In this document: positions 1-10,873 of the stretch, in pieces
Numbering within the stretch: position 1 is the first letter of the stretch
Layout of the letters: each line of letters starts with the position of its first letter
Made by a program: the position numbers and the translations under genes
NCBI GenBank assembly: GCA_963782915.1
Contig: CAWALK010000014.1
Span: 31,046 to 95,045, forward strand
Source of the DNA: an uncultured archaeon
GTDB lineage: Archaea > Thermoproteota > Bathyarchaeia > Bathyarchaeales > Bathycorpusculaceae
Length of the DNA: 64,000 bases
Direction of reading: 5' to 3'
Notes under the pieces: generated by a model
Told to the model about the DNA's origin: nothing
Database searches by the model: none
Seen by the model: only the letters and a program-made list of their open reading frames with translations

Positions 1-229
1 TGCCAAGACCTCCCTATCCCCTATAAAACCGCTTTTTGCTGGCTCTTAGTAAAATTCCCCATTGATGGAACCAAGTAGTAAATAGTCGGATGCATAAGCG
101 TTCCGCTTAGTTGTTAGACGGCGATTGGCTGCCCCATGACAAGACTTTGGCGTAGACGCCTACAAAGCATCAGAGAAAGACTTGCTAACCGCGAACCTAC
201 ACAGCACTTCCGAAGAGGAGACATAGCTA

Positions 230-370
230 ATGGGGTTGACAGAGCGTGAGCAAAAGATATTGCGGTTGAATGCAGAGGGTTTAAGTGATTATCAAATTGC
301 CAAGAAGTTAAAGATAGAAACACCTAACGTTTATCGTGCACGGAAGGCGGCGCTCAGAAAACTTGATTAA
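230..370 (+). pseudogene. Small LuxR/Tfx-like HTH DNA-binding protein, probably truncated by an in-frame TAA
   Basis: Not in ORF track. Manual translation MGLTEREQKILRLNAEGLSDYQIAKKLKIETPNVYRARKAALRKLD* fits the LT.RE..IL...G.S..QIA..L pattern; the frame continues ARADLSF after the stop; GAGGAG lies upstream. Confidence 0.65.
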
Positions 371-383
371 GCAAGGGCAGATT

Positions 384-830
384 TGTCTTTTGTGGGTGGG
401 GGTTATAGGATTTACACTGCACGGCCATAGAATGCGTTGTTTTTTGGCTAGTGCTTGTTTGATTTGTGCAATTTCGGGCTACCATGATTATAGCGACATT
501 AGGTAGCATGGGGCATTATGATGGTGGTAGATGTATTGGAGTAGGGTTGAATGAACCTTGGGTACTAATTTGAAAGGCAACCTGTGATGCACAAAACACT
601 TGTGGCAGAAAGCGTGACAATTATTATATTTATTTGGTCTTTGTCGGGGACGGGATGTGTAGGATTTTTCCCATCCCACGCTTGGGTTGTGGGGGCGGTT
701 GGTTTTTTGGTTTGGGTTGATTTTGGGGTTGCGTTGGGATGGGCGGAGCACTTTTTTGTCCCATTCGCTGCATGGTGCTATGTTGGGTGGGATGGGATGA
801 GGATGGGGAGGTATGTTGTGTGTTAGTTGT
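384..830. repeat. G/T-skewed dispersed intergenic repeat, copy 1
   Basis: Shares blocks TTTACACTGCAC, GGGTTGATTTT.GGGTT and GCTATGTTGG.TGGGATGGGATGAG with 50570-50792, and TGTAGG.TTTT, TTGGGTTGTG and GCACTT.TTT with 29911-30085. Confidence 0.55.
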
Positions 831-1464
831 TTTTGGTTGTTTGTTTGTGTGCTCCAACCTGTGTGGGGCGCAGTTGCCGTAGCATAATGGTTTGGCATAT
901 TGGTGCGTCATTTGGTTGGGGTTGGCTGAGTTGATGATGAGCGGAGAAATATTCGTTGGTTGTCATCAACCAGTGTGAGGTGGTGTAATTTTTTAGTAGT
1001 TGCACTATTATGCGGAGCAGGGTTGCAGCAGCAGCTGCTAACCTGTTTTTTTCAATTATACAATAAATAATTAACAGCTAATAGAGGCTAAACCGTCGTT
1101 TCAGGTTGCTTTTTTGTCCATAGGAGAAAACCGATGGGTTATTGTTTAGAACAAGAGACAGTAAAAATTGTTCGACTCTGTTTTTATACAAAATGTACTG
1201 ATATATAGATTCAATATCTGAATCACTTTGCAACAATTGAACAATGTATTGAAAAGATAAACGATCAAAAGCACGCAATCCAAGGACCTCTTTCTCCAGT
1301 TTTATATCGTGAGGTCGAGGCGCTTTTAGAGAGAGAGAAGAGCTTTAGCATAAAAAATATTTGACTTAAGATGGAACAAGTGCTAACAAGTAAGAGAAAA
1401 TTATTTTCCCAGTTTAGAACAGCTTTTCTTTAGGGCAAAGAAAACTGCAACTTCCATGTGCCGT

Positions 1465-2110
1465 TTATGTTAGGAAGTATCCGCCGCCAAAGTAGCCTAC
1501 ATTTCTGGTCATCGCTGAAGCGGTCTGTGAACTTATGCATACTTTGCCAATCAGTGACATTAGCTGGTAGGAAGCCTTTAGCGCCAAGTTGAGGTTGTTG
1601 TTGGTTAAGAATTTGGCGTCGATGTTTAATGCAGAGCCCGCTATGTTGGCTGATATTTGTATGCCGCCGTCTTCTGTTATCCATTTTAGGGTGACGCCTT
1701 GGCTGCCCTCGGAGATGCCTAGCCATCGGAGCATTCCGAACCATTTGCCTTTAAGCTGCAGGATAAGCTGCTGTGTCATAAGGTCTGAGGGCAAAAACGT
1801 CTGTATCAGCGGCGTGGAGGGGTTTCTTTTGGGGGTATTGGAGTTTTAGTTCTGTTATTTTTGGGGTTACTTTGTAGCCTTCAGGTCCCTTTTTGATTAT
1901 GCCTTCTTCTTCTAAGCGGGCAAGGATGCGTGAGAGGGTTTCTGAGTGGAGGCCTGTTCTGCGTTTTAATCCGTCGAAGCTGAATGTGGCTAAGTCTTCT
2001 GTTTCGATTAGTGCGAGCACGTCTGCGTCGCGTTCGCTAAGGCTGTAATCGGTTGGTTGGCTTTGCCAATTAACATTCAGAACAGGTATCATTATTCTAT
2101 TCAATGGCAT
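1465..2110 (-). CDS. Winged-helix DNA-binding protein with C-terminal domain (frameshift near 1790)
   Basis: ORFs 1751-2110 (FSFDGLKRRTGLHSETLSRILARLEEEGII, wHTH) and 1465-1794 overlap and join with one indel. Confidence 0.65.
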
Positions 2111-2198
2111 AATTGTTGCTTTTGAAGCTTACCCAAATCTCTCCGTGAAATCCATGTTTAAATGCTGAATTTGCCTTTCTCGGCGTTTTTTGTATAAA

Positions 2199-2250
2199 AA
2201 TACGTTGGGCAAGGGCACAACGTTTACAGTTGAGTTGCCGCTGCCTCACG
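2199..2250 (+). pseudogene. Relic C-terminus of a histidine kinase HATPase domain
   Basis: Translates NTLGKGTTFTVELPL, matching the G.GTTF.V.LP end motif of sensor kinases (compare ESEVGKGTKFIIKL in 34962-36764); no upstream ORF. Confidence 0.45.
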
Positions 2251-2256
2251 AGTGGT

Positions 2257-2901
2257 TTAGCCTAAGCTGGTTTTTTCGCCTGTAACGATGTAGAGGACTG
2301 ATTCGCAGACGTAGACGGCGTGGTCGGCTATGCGTTCAAGGTATCGGGTGACCAAGATGCTGGATATGTCGCATTTGCAGTTGGCGTGTTCTTTGCTGGT
2401 TACTTTGCTTAGGAATTCGAGGTACATTTGGTCCACTTCCCGTTCGGTGGGGTGATGGTTTTTGCGAGGGCTATGTCATGTTTTCGCAGTGAATTAACGC
2501 TGATTTTTACCATTGACAGAACTTTTTCGCTCATTTCAGCAAGATGTTGTCTGGTCCATGGTTCACAGAGGGTTAAAGCGTTTAGTTGGTCATTAATGGA
2601 TGATATATCTAAGGCGTATCTTCCGTATCTTGCGAAGTCGTTGCCGATTTTCATGTAAGATTTTATGGCACGCAAATCTGAGGCGACGGGTTGGAATCGT
2701 GCGATTAATTCAAAGGTTTTATCCTCTACTTTTGCAGCCATGGCAGACGAGTATATCTGACATTTCTCTGACTTGGGCTTGTACGCTTTTGCCTTCTAAG
2801 TAGCCATGTATTGATAATGAGAGGGTTTCGTAGGTTAACTCGCCCATTTTCGCGAGTAAGGTTGATTGTTCTTCTAATCCACTGTCAATTATTCTGCTCA
2901 T
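2257..2901 (-). CDS. phoU: Phosphate signalling protein PhoU (frameshifted)
   Basis: [14 protein letters not shown] and a distal [22 protein letters not shown] motif; lies after pstB; split over several frames. Confidence 0.85.
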
Positions 2902-2913
2902 ACTGTTTTCCTC

Positions 2914-3700
2914 TTAGCTGAATTCTCCTGTTATATACTTCTCTGTTAAGTTCGTTTTTGGGTGATTCAAAGATGTCTTTGGTTTTGCCATACTCGATTA
3001 AGCTGCCCAAATACATGAAGGCGGTGTTTTCTGAAACTCTGGATGCCTGCTGCATGTTATGAGTTACAATTATCACTGTGTAATCCCGCTTTAACTCTAC
3101 GACTAGCCGCTCGATTTTTGCGGTGGCAATAGGATCCAAGCGCCGAGCAGGGTTCATCCATCAAGATAACCTCGGGCTGCAAAGCGATAGCGCGGGCGAT
3201 GCAGAGTCGCTGCTGTTGCCCGCCCGAGATGCTTGTTCCGGGTTTTTTGAGGTCATCTTTAACTTCTTCCCAAAGCGAAGCTTTCTCCAGGCTGCGTTTG
3301 ACGATTTCGTCAAGTTCTTGCCTTTTTTCGCTCCTGTTAATTTGAGTCCCGCTGCGACGTTGTCATAGATGGACATGGTTGGGAAAGGGTTTGGTTTCTG
3401 GAAAACCATGCCGACTCTTCGCCGTATCATAACGGGGTCAACATCTTTGCTGTAGATGTCTTCGCCGTCCAGCAGGATTCGCCCTGTCATTTTGGCGTTT
3501 GGGACAAGTTCATGCATGCGGTTTAGGCATCGGATTAGGGTGGATTTGCCGCAGCCTGAGGGTCCGATGATTGCGGTTACAGCGTTGGCTTTGAAGCCTA
3601 TGTTGATGTCTTTTAGGACCTGCTTGGCGCCAAACCAGCCGTTTAAGTTGATGGTTTGCATTTTATAGGTTAAATCTACTTTTTCTTGTGTGGTGGTCAT
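2914..3700 (-). CDS. pstB: Phosphate ABC transporter ATPase PstB (frameshifted)
   Basis: [49 protein letters not shown]; pieces 3161-3700 and 2885-3157. Confidence 0.92.
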
Positions 3701-4529
3701 TTTTTGAATCTTCCTCTGCTTGCAACTCTAACTAGATGTTTAGTGCTAACACGATTAAGATGAGAATCAACGCTGCACCCCAACCCTGGGCTTGGACGTT
3801 TGCGTATGGTTGGAGGGAATCTCGCCAGATTTCAAGAGGTAATGCAGCCATGGGTTCGGTTAAACCTTGGAAGAAGTACCGATTACCCAAGACCGTCATG
3901 ATCAGGGGTGCGGTTTCGCCTGCGACTCGGGCTATGGCGAGCAGTGTGCCTGTGACTAAGCCGCTTTTAGCTGAGGGCAATACAACGCTGAGTGTGGTTC
4001 GCCATTTGTGTGCTCCTAAGGCGAGGGAGGCTTCGCGGATGTTGTTGGGGACGAGTTTGAGTGATTCCTCTGTTGTTCGGGCAACGATGGGGATTAGGAT
4101 GAATGCTAACGCGATGGCGCCTGCAATTGCACTGTAGCTTCCGATTAATGCGATGACGATGACGCCGTATGCGGTTATGCCTATGATGATTGAGGGGAAC
4201 CCTGTTAGGGCGTTGTTTATGCTGCGCAGGATGGATCCATAGTGGTGGTCGCCGTATTCGGCCAAGTATATACCTGAGATTATGCCGACGGGGACACCGA
4301 TGAGGCTGGTTAAGCCGATTAGGATAAGTGTGCCTTGTATGGCGGGTCCTATGCCGCCGGTTGAGATAGTTCCGGTGATAAAGCCGATGCTGAGTTGCGG
4401 TGCACCACGGGAGATAACTTCCCACAGGATGCTAAGCAATGGCACAACCGCTAACACTATACATATAGCGCATATGACAAAGAAGAGGCGGTTCTTGAAT
4501 TTTCTGAAAGCGTAACTGTTTAGGTTCAC
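3697..4529 (-). CDS. pstA: Phosphate ABC transporter permease PstA
   Basis: [14 protein letters not shown] and [13 protein letters not shown]; small frameshift near the C-terminus; the corrected stop overlaps the pstB ATG. Confidence 0.92.
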
Positions 4530-5502
4530 TCTATTGCGCCTCCCTTAACCTTGAGCACCCGCGTCACCATGAAGTGCGCGCCAAAGTTTATGGCTAAGCT
4601 CATGATTAGCAAGATTAAGCCGACGCCTATGTAGGCTGAGACTTCCAGTTTACCGGTGGCTTCTAAGAATCCGTTGGCTATGAGTGAAGCCATGGTTTGC
4701 CCGGGTTGGAAAAGCGAGGTTGGCATGGCTGTTGCGCCCGGAGCGTTGCCGATGACCATTGCGACGGCCATGGTTTCGCCGACTGCTCTGCCTAACCCCA
4801 AGATTACTGCGCCAAAGATGCCTGAGCGACCATAACTTATTACCCAGTGGCGGATGACTTCCCATTTTGTTGCTCCGATGCTATATGCGCCTTCTCGGAT
4901 GCTGTTTGGCACTGCGCTTATGACTTCCCGTGAGATTGAGGCAACTGTTGGGATTATCATGATGGCTAAGATGCATCCGGCGGTGAAGATGTCTAAGCCT
5001 CGTGGGTGTACCGCTAAAAATCGGAATCCAGCCCAGGTAGGTGTTAAGAGGTATTTCGATGTAGTCCCGTATGAAGAAGCGGAAGATGAATAGTCCCCAG
5101 AGGCCATAGATGACGCTTGGAACCGCAGCTAAGAGTTCAACGAGGTAGCTTATTGGTACCCGAAGGGTTCGCGGAGCCATTTCAACTAGGAAAACTGCTA
5201 TACCTATACTCAAGGGTACCGCAATGGCGAGTGCTATTGCCTGATGTGACAAGGGTACCTAAAAGGTATGGTAGGGCACCGAAGACTTCTCTGCCTTCCA
5301 CAGGGTTCCATGCGGTTCCCACAAAAAAGTTTGCGCCAAAAGTCTCAATGACTGGGGCTGACCCGGAGGTGAGGACATAACCTGTTATGATTAAGATGAC
5401 TAATGCTGATGCTGCTATTACGGCGGCTAAGTTTTGGAAAACGAAGTCGCCGGTTACTTTAATTTTTTTAGCAAGAAACTTTGGGTTAATTATTTTGGTC
5501 AG
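4526..5502 (-). CDS. pstC: Phosphate ABC transporter permease PstC (frameshifted, probable CTG start)
   Basis: [51 protein letters not shown]; the N-terminal frame opens at CTG 5502 behind AGGTGG. Confidence 0.9.
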
Positions 5503-5513
5503 GGCTATTCCAC

Positions 5514-6628
5514 CTAAGAAGTGGGTAAAGTTTGCCCGTTGAAGGTTATTGATGCAATCGTTGTTTCATCGAGTTGTACTACGTTGGTTGGTAGTGGTGC
5601 ATATCCGAGTGCAGGTCCTAAGCTTTGTCCGTCGTGGACTACATACCAGAGGTACTGTACTAGTGCTGTGGCTTGTTGTTCGTGTTAGATTTGGGATTAC
5701 GTTGAGTTCTTTGTAGACGATGATGTAGGTGAAGCTAACGATTGGGTATGCGTTTGCGTCGGCTGTGTTTAGTAGGTTCACGTTTGTCCAGCTTGCACTG
5801 CCCGCTGGTAAATCGGTGGCTGCTTGGGCTGCTGCTGTTGTTGATGCGAGTGTTGGCAGGATATAGTTGCCTGATGGGTTTTGGACTGCTGCTACGGTCA
5901 TGCCGTTTGTTACTGCATATGCAAGTTCAACGTAGCCGATTGCGTATTGTGTGCTGTTGACTGTTGATGCTACACCTGTGTTGCCGTTTTGGCCAAGTCC
6001 GCCTGTCCAAGATACTGATTTGCCTGAGCCGATTGTGGTGTTCCATGATGTGCTTACTTTGCTTAGGTAGCTTGTGAAGATGAATGTGGTTCCTGAGCCG
6101 TCTGAGCGGTGGACTGTTGTGATGGCTTGGTTTGGAAGGGTGACGCCGGGGTTTAAGTTTTGAATTGCGGCATCGTTCCATTTTGTGATTGTTCCTTGGA
6201 AGATGTCTGCGATGACTTGTCCGCTTAGTTTTAGTCCGCTAGGATACGCCTGGTAGGTTGTATGCGATGGTTACTGCACCGATTGTTTCAGGAATGTGGA
6301 GGGTGTTTGGTGCGTTTGTGGTTTCAGAGGCGGTTAGGGGTGCATCTGAGCCTGTGAAATCAGTGTTTTTGCTCTTTAAATCCGAGATTCCGCCGCCGCT
6401 TCCGATTGCTTGATAGTTGATTTGGACGTTTGATTTTATTGTTTGGTATTGTGTTATGGTGCTGTTTAGGAATGGATATGGGAATGTTGCGCCTGAACCG
6501 TTTAGTGTTACGGTGGCTTCGGTTGTGCCTGGTTGGGAGAGATAAGAGTATGCTGCTACTGCACTTATTGCTATGACTATTGCAAGGATTGCGCCTATAA
6601 TGGTGTATTTAGTACTCATATTTTTCAC
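5514..6628 (-). CDS. pstS: Phosphate-binding protein PstS, operon copy (frameshifted)
   Basis: LNGSGATFPYP, NYQAIGSGGG, HRSDGSGTTF and AYPIVSFTYI across three frames. Confidence 0.9.
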
Positions 6629-6660
6629 TCTTGTTTTTGTTTACCATTACAAGCTCCATT

Positions 6661-6730
6661 TGTTATATAGTAAATCTCCATAAACTTTATAGTCTATATA
6701 GATATAACTAATATAATGATTGACCATAGA
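6661..6730. promoter_or_regulatory. Divergent pstS / regulator promoter with TATAG repeats
   Basis: AT-rich 88-bp intergenic; ATAG at 6667, 6689, 6698 and 6726. Confidence 0.45.
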
Positions 6731-7805
6731 AAGAGTAACTTGGAGTCAAGCGTGACAACAATAGCAACGGAAAAATTAAATGAAGAACAACGCAAACTAC
6801 AGGTCACTGGCGGATCAACATTTATTCTATCGCTTCCAAAGGATTGGGCCATCAAAAATGAGCTTAAACGAGGCAGCTCTATGCTGGTCCGGGAAGAAGA
6901 AGACGGTTCACTATCAATCACACCTTCCAGTTTTCCTCAAAAAGAAAAACAAGACGAAGCCTACATCAAAGTAACACAAAACGACAACCCCGACGCAGTA
7001 ATGCGCACAGCAATCTCAGCCTACCTAAACGGCTACAACGTCTTACACGTAAAAGCGCAGGGACAAAAATTGCTCTCCTCCAAAACACGCAACCACCTCA
7101 AAAATTTTGCCCGAAACTACCTTGTCGGCACAGAAATAGTCATCGACACCCAAACCGAATTAACCCTGCAAGTGTCTGCTTAACTATCCTGAACTTACCG
7201 TACAGAATGCGCTAAGCCGCATGTCAATCATTGCTTCATCTATGCATAAAGAAGCCATGGCTGCACTCAAAGAACTCGATTATGGCAGCGCCAAAGAAGT
7301 CATCGAAACTGACCGCGAAGTAAACCGTTTTGCACTCTACATTGTGCGGCTGTTAAAAATAGCTGTTTCTAACCAGAGAATCGTTAGAGACATCGGTATT
7401 GAATCGCAGAAGGAATGCTTAGGGTACAGGTTGATTGCAAAGTCTGTTGAGCGAACTGCAGATCACTCAACAAAAATTGCTGAAAACACTCTGTTGTTAA
7501 AGGATCCTGTAAATGCGGAAGTCTTTGAGAAGTTATTTTCACTTAGCAATTTAGCAAACTCAATGTTCGAGAGTTCCATGGAAGCTCTTTTCAAACATGA
7601 CTTTAACTTGGCAGAAAATGTCATTGAAAAGTTAAGTCAAGTTCAGCAGTTAGACAAAGAGACGGTTCTCAGCTTACCCAACGCAAAGGTTGATGAGATG
7701 GTAAATTTGAGGTTGATTATTGAGAGTATTAGGCGGATTGCGGAGTATGCCAGTGACATCTCTGAGGTTGTGCTCAACATGAACGTTGAGTCGGTTTTAA
7801 GTTAA
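6716..7805 (+). CDS. Archaeal AbrB-PhoU phosphate uptake regulator (frameshift near 7175)
   Basis: N-terminal RKLQVTGGSTFILSLPKDWA (AbrB/SpoVT) followed by PhoU repeats (ERTADH, RRIAEYASDISE). Confidence 0.88.
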
Positions 7806-7967
7806 ATCCAAAATTTTTTATTATTTTTTAAAATATTAAAAGCGATTGCTTCAACTGCATTGAGTTTCTATTGGCTCATAAAATAGCCCTAATGGATGAC
7901 AGAATTATGCGGTGCAATAAACACAGAAAGTTCTTTAAAAAAATAAAAAAGAAAAGTTTAGGGTTGT

Positions 7968-9242
7968 TTAGGTTGTGGGCAAACTTTGCCCGTTGAAGGT
8001 TATCGATTGTATTGTTGCTTCATCGATTTGCACTACGTTTGCTGGCAGTGATGCATATGATAAGCCTGGTGCTAAGCTTTGGCCGCTGTGAACCATGTAC
8101 CATAGGAACCGTACTAGTCCTGCTGCTTCTGCTTGTGTTATGTTGGGTATTGCGTTGAGTTCTTTGTAGACTATGATGTAGCTGAAGCTTACGATTGGGT
8201 AGGAGTCTGTGCCTGCTGCATTGAGGATGTTTACGCCTGTCCAACTTGCACTGCCTGCTGGTAAGCCTGCGGATGCAACTGATTGTGCAGCTGCAGTTGT
8301 TGAGGCTAATGTTGGCATTACCCATGTTCCCGCGGGGTTTTGGATTGCTGCTACTTTCATCGAGTTGGCTATTGTGTAGGCTAATTCAACGTAGCCAATG
8401 GTGTATGCGTTGCCTTCTACGATTCCGGCGACGCCTGAGTTGCCGCTAGAGGCTAATCCTGCAACTGGCCATGACACTGATTTGCCTTGTGAAACGCTTG
8501 TACTCCATGTGGAGCTTACTGCACTGAGGTATCCTGTGAAGACAAAGGTTGTTCCTGAACTTTCAGAGCGGTGGACTGGAACTATGTCTTTGTCTGGTAG
8601 AGTTGTGGTTGGGTTGAGAGCTTGGATTGCTGCGTCGTTCCATTTTGTGATTGTTCCGAGGTATATTTTTGCGATGACTTCACCTGTTAAGTGTAGGCCT
8701 GTTGGGATTCCTGGTAGGTTGTATGCCATGGTTACTGCGCCGATGGTTTCTGGGATATGTAGTGTGTTGGGTAGGTTTGCGGCTTCTGTGGCGCTTAAGG
8801 GTGCGTCTGAGCCTGCGAAGTCAACGGTTTTTTCTGTTAATGCTTTGATTCCGCCGCCGCTGCCTATGGATTGGTAGTTTACTTGTGCCCAGGTTCTGGT
8901 TGCTGTGTAGTCTGTGATCATTGCGCCGATGAGTGGGTATGGGAAGGTTGCTCCTGCTCCGTTGAGTGATGCTGGTTCGGGGGTTGGTGTTGGGCTAGGC
9001 GAGGCTGTTGGAGCCGCAGTTGGGGCTACTGTTGGCTTTGGTGTTGGGGTGTGGGTTGGGCTGGTTGTCGGTGAAGCCGTTGGGGTTGCTGTTGGGGTGA
9101 CTGTTGGTGTAACAGTCGGGGTTGGTGTTGGGTTTGTGCCTGGTTGGCCTTGGGTTGGGCTTGATAAGTATATGTAACTGAACACTGCTACGACGATTAT
9201 TACGATCGCGAGTGCGCCTATAATTTGGTATGATTTTTTCAT
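7968..9242 (-). CDS. pstS: Second phosphate-binding protein PstS with Pro/Thr-rich linker
   Basis: Intact 424-aa ORF: N-terminal TM, PT repeats, LNGAGATFPYP, NYQSIGSGGG, HRSESSGTTF. Confidence 0.93.
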   Translation of the reverse strand: MKKSYQIIGALAIVIIVVAVFSYIYLSSPTQGQPGTNPTPTPTVTPTVTPTATPTASPTTSPTHTPTPKPTVAPTAAPTASPSPTPTPEPASLNGAGATFPYPLIGAMITDYTATRTWAQVNYQSIGSGGGIKALTEKTVDFAGSDAPLSATEAANLPNTLHIPETIGAVTMAYNLPGIPTGLHLTGEVIAKIYLGTITKWNDAAIQALNPTTTLPDKDIVPVHRSESSGTTFVFTGYLSAVSSTWSTSVSQGKSVSWPVAGLASSGNSGVAGIVEGNAYTIGYVELAYTIANSMKVAAIQNPAGTWVMPTLASTTAAAQSVASAGLPAGSASWTGVNILNAAGTDSYPIVSFSYIIVYKELNAIPNITQAEAAGLVRFLWYMVHSGQSLAPGLSYASLPANVVQIDEATIQSITFNGQSLPTT

Positions 9243-9257
9243 TGTTTTTCGTTCTCC

Positions 9258-9352
9258 CTATAGCTTCCTTGTAGGGGAACGGCGTAAAATAATCGATGAG
9301 TATAGAATACAGATGCCACTATAGCTCAATATAGTGATGCATAGAATATAGC
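9258..9352. promoter_or_regulatory. pstS2 upstream region with phased ATAG repeats
   Basis: ATAG at 9302, 9321, 9331, 9341 and 9348 (three at 10-bp spacing). Confidence 0.45.
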
Positions 9353-9464
9353 GAAGTACTGTTTCAAAAGCAAATAATGACTAAAAATTTGATTTTAAAA
9401 ATATGAAAATAAAAATTGCTGGTTCTTACGCTTCCGTTTTGGCACTACTGTGCCGTCTGCTGAT

Positions 9465-9641
9465 TTAGAATGATTCAAAGAAACAAATGACTTCTGGGCT
9501 TGGATAGACGCTAACGCTTGCGCTGTCTATTAGATGGGCTGTGCCGTCTGGGCAGTAGACTTTGTCGCCCTGGTTTGCTCTTTGGAAGCGTTTGTTGCAT
9601 GATTTTAGGCTTGAGCAGCCATCACAATCTCGTGATAACAT
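9465..9641 (-). CDS. 58-aa Cys-rich putative zinc-binding mini-protein
   Basis: Manual translation MLSRDCDGCSSLKSCNKRFQRANQGDKVYCPDGTAHLIDSASVSVYPSPEVICFFESF*; GTGGAG SD-like motif upstream. Confidence 0.6.
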   Translation of the reverse strand: MLSRDCDGCSSLKSCNKRFQRANQGDKVYCPDGTAHLIDSASVSVYPSPEVICFFESF

Positions 9642-9819
9642 TTTTTTTCATCTCCACTCTTTTCAAGAATACCATAGGCCTTAGTTGCCTATAGAGTTAA
9701 TCTCAATAAAATATATAGTGATATAGAGAGCGTTCTGGCGGGAAATTCCTCGAAAGCCTTACAAGTACCGTTTCACTCAAGCTTAGATTGCACAGAGTTG
9801 CGCTTTTGGAGGCTCTTTT

Positions 9820-9981
9820 ATGTACTGTGAAATAATGGAATGCGAGGTCACGGTGGAATTGGGCAAATGCAATTTGAAGGTAGGTTCATTGCTTGGCCAA
9901 AGTTCTTGCCCCTACAAAAACAGCGTTGCCTGCCCACTCAAAATAACTGGCGAGTTACAGCCAATTAGCCAGCCCAGTTGA
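9820..9981 (+). CDS. 53-aa Cys-rich mini-protein
   Basis: MYCEIMECEVTVELGKCNLKVGSLLGQSSCPYKNSVACPLKITGELQPISQPS*; GGAGG at 9808-9812. Confidence 0.55.
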   Translation: MYCEIMECEVTVELGKCNLKVGSLLGQSSCPYKNSVACPLKITGELQPISQPS

Positions 9982-10227
9982 GCTAAAATAATTAGTAGAG
10001 GTATTTTGCCCCATAATAGAGGTAACTAGGTTCCTGCCCGACCAAAAACAGCGTGGTTCGAATACATAAACAAGCCAAAATAAGACCAAATTAAGTCGTA
10101 TTTTATCCAAATAACGCCCTACAATAGCCATCGATAATAGAAACCTAAAAACAGTGGGAATCCATAGGTAGACGAACTAAACCAAAAAATAAGTTTGCCA
10201 TCGCTCTTGAAATTGGGTTTTTTAAAA

Positions 10228-10732
10228 TTAAAGTCTTTCTTCTTTTTCGATCTCTATTAGCTTTCCTGAATCATCGCCTAGCTCTAAACACTTCATCGCA
10301 ATTTGGTCTACGAAATAATCTAATATTGCAGTAAGGTCATTCGAAGTTATTTGATTACATTCCGAATAGCCAGTTTCTCTCTCAATACGCCAATAAGCAG
10401 AGTCTTTAGCAAGTTTCAGGCCAAAACTATAGATGATTCAAAATGAAACGTATGCTTCTAAATATTTTGTGCACTTTTTCCCTTGCACAATACTAAGCTC
10501 AAGGCTTTTTAATTCCTTTTTTAAGCATTATATTCATTATGTTCATTTGCAATAAGATTTTAGCAGATTCGAGCCCGCCACCATGGTCATCTATGCCAAT
10601 ATAATGACCCTGATAATTCGCTTCAATTATGCTGTTCCAATCCCTACTTTTGGGCATTTGATAAGTACGTCTAAATGTGGAAGTTATCGTTTCTCCATCA
10701 ACTTCTAGTTCACCAGTTATCGCTTTGCTCAT
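10228..10732 (-). pseudogene. Disrupted hypothetical protein
   Basis: ORF 10499-10732 appears to continue in another frame through an in-frame TGA to ...KLIEIEKEERL* at 10228. Confidence 0.4.
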
Positions 10733-10873
10733 TTATTTCACAGGAGTTCTTCTTCTTTTGCATATTAACTTTTCCTCCAACAACAACCAAAAAACAGTTT
10801 AACCCCAACCCAAAACCCAAATGCTCAGACACAGCCACCTTACCATAGTTACTGGTAAACACTTAATAACTCC

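Noticed and set aside
488-1005. ORFs 488-898, 584-826, 630-911 and 823-1005 (also 29903-30167) as proteins
   Set aside because: Low-complexity products of the G/T skew, with no frame conserved among repeat copies.
8970-9150. DNA tandem repeat in pstS2
   Set aside because: It is simply a Pro/Thr linker with varied codons.
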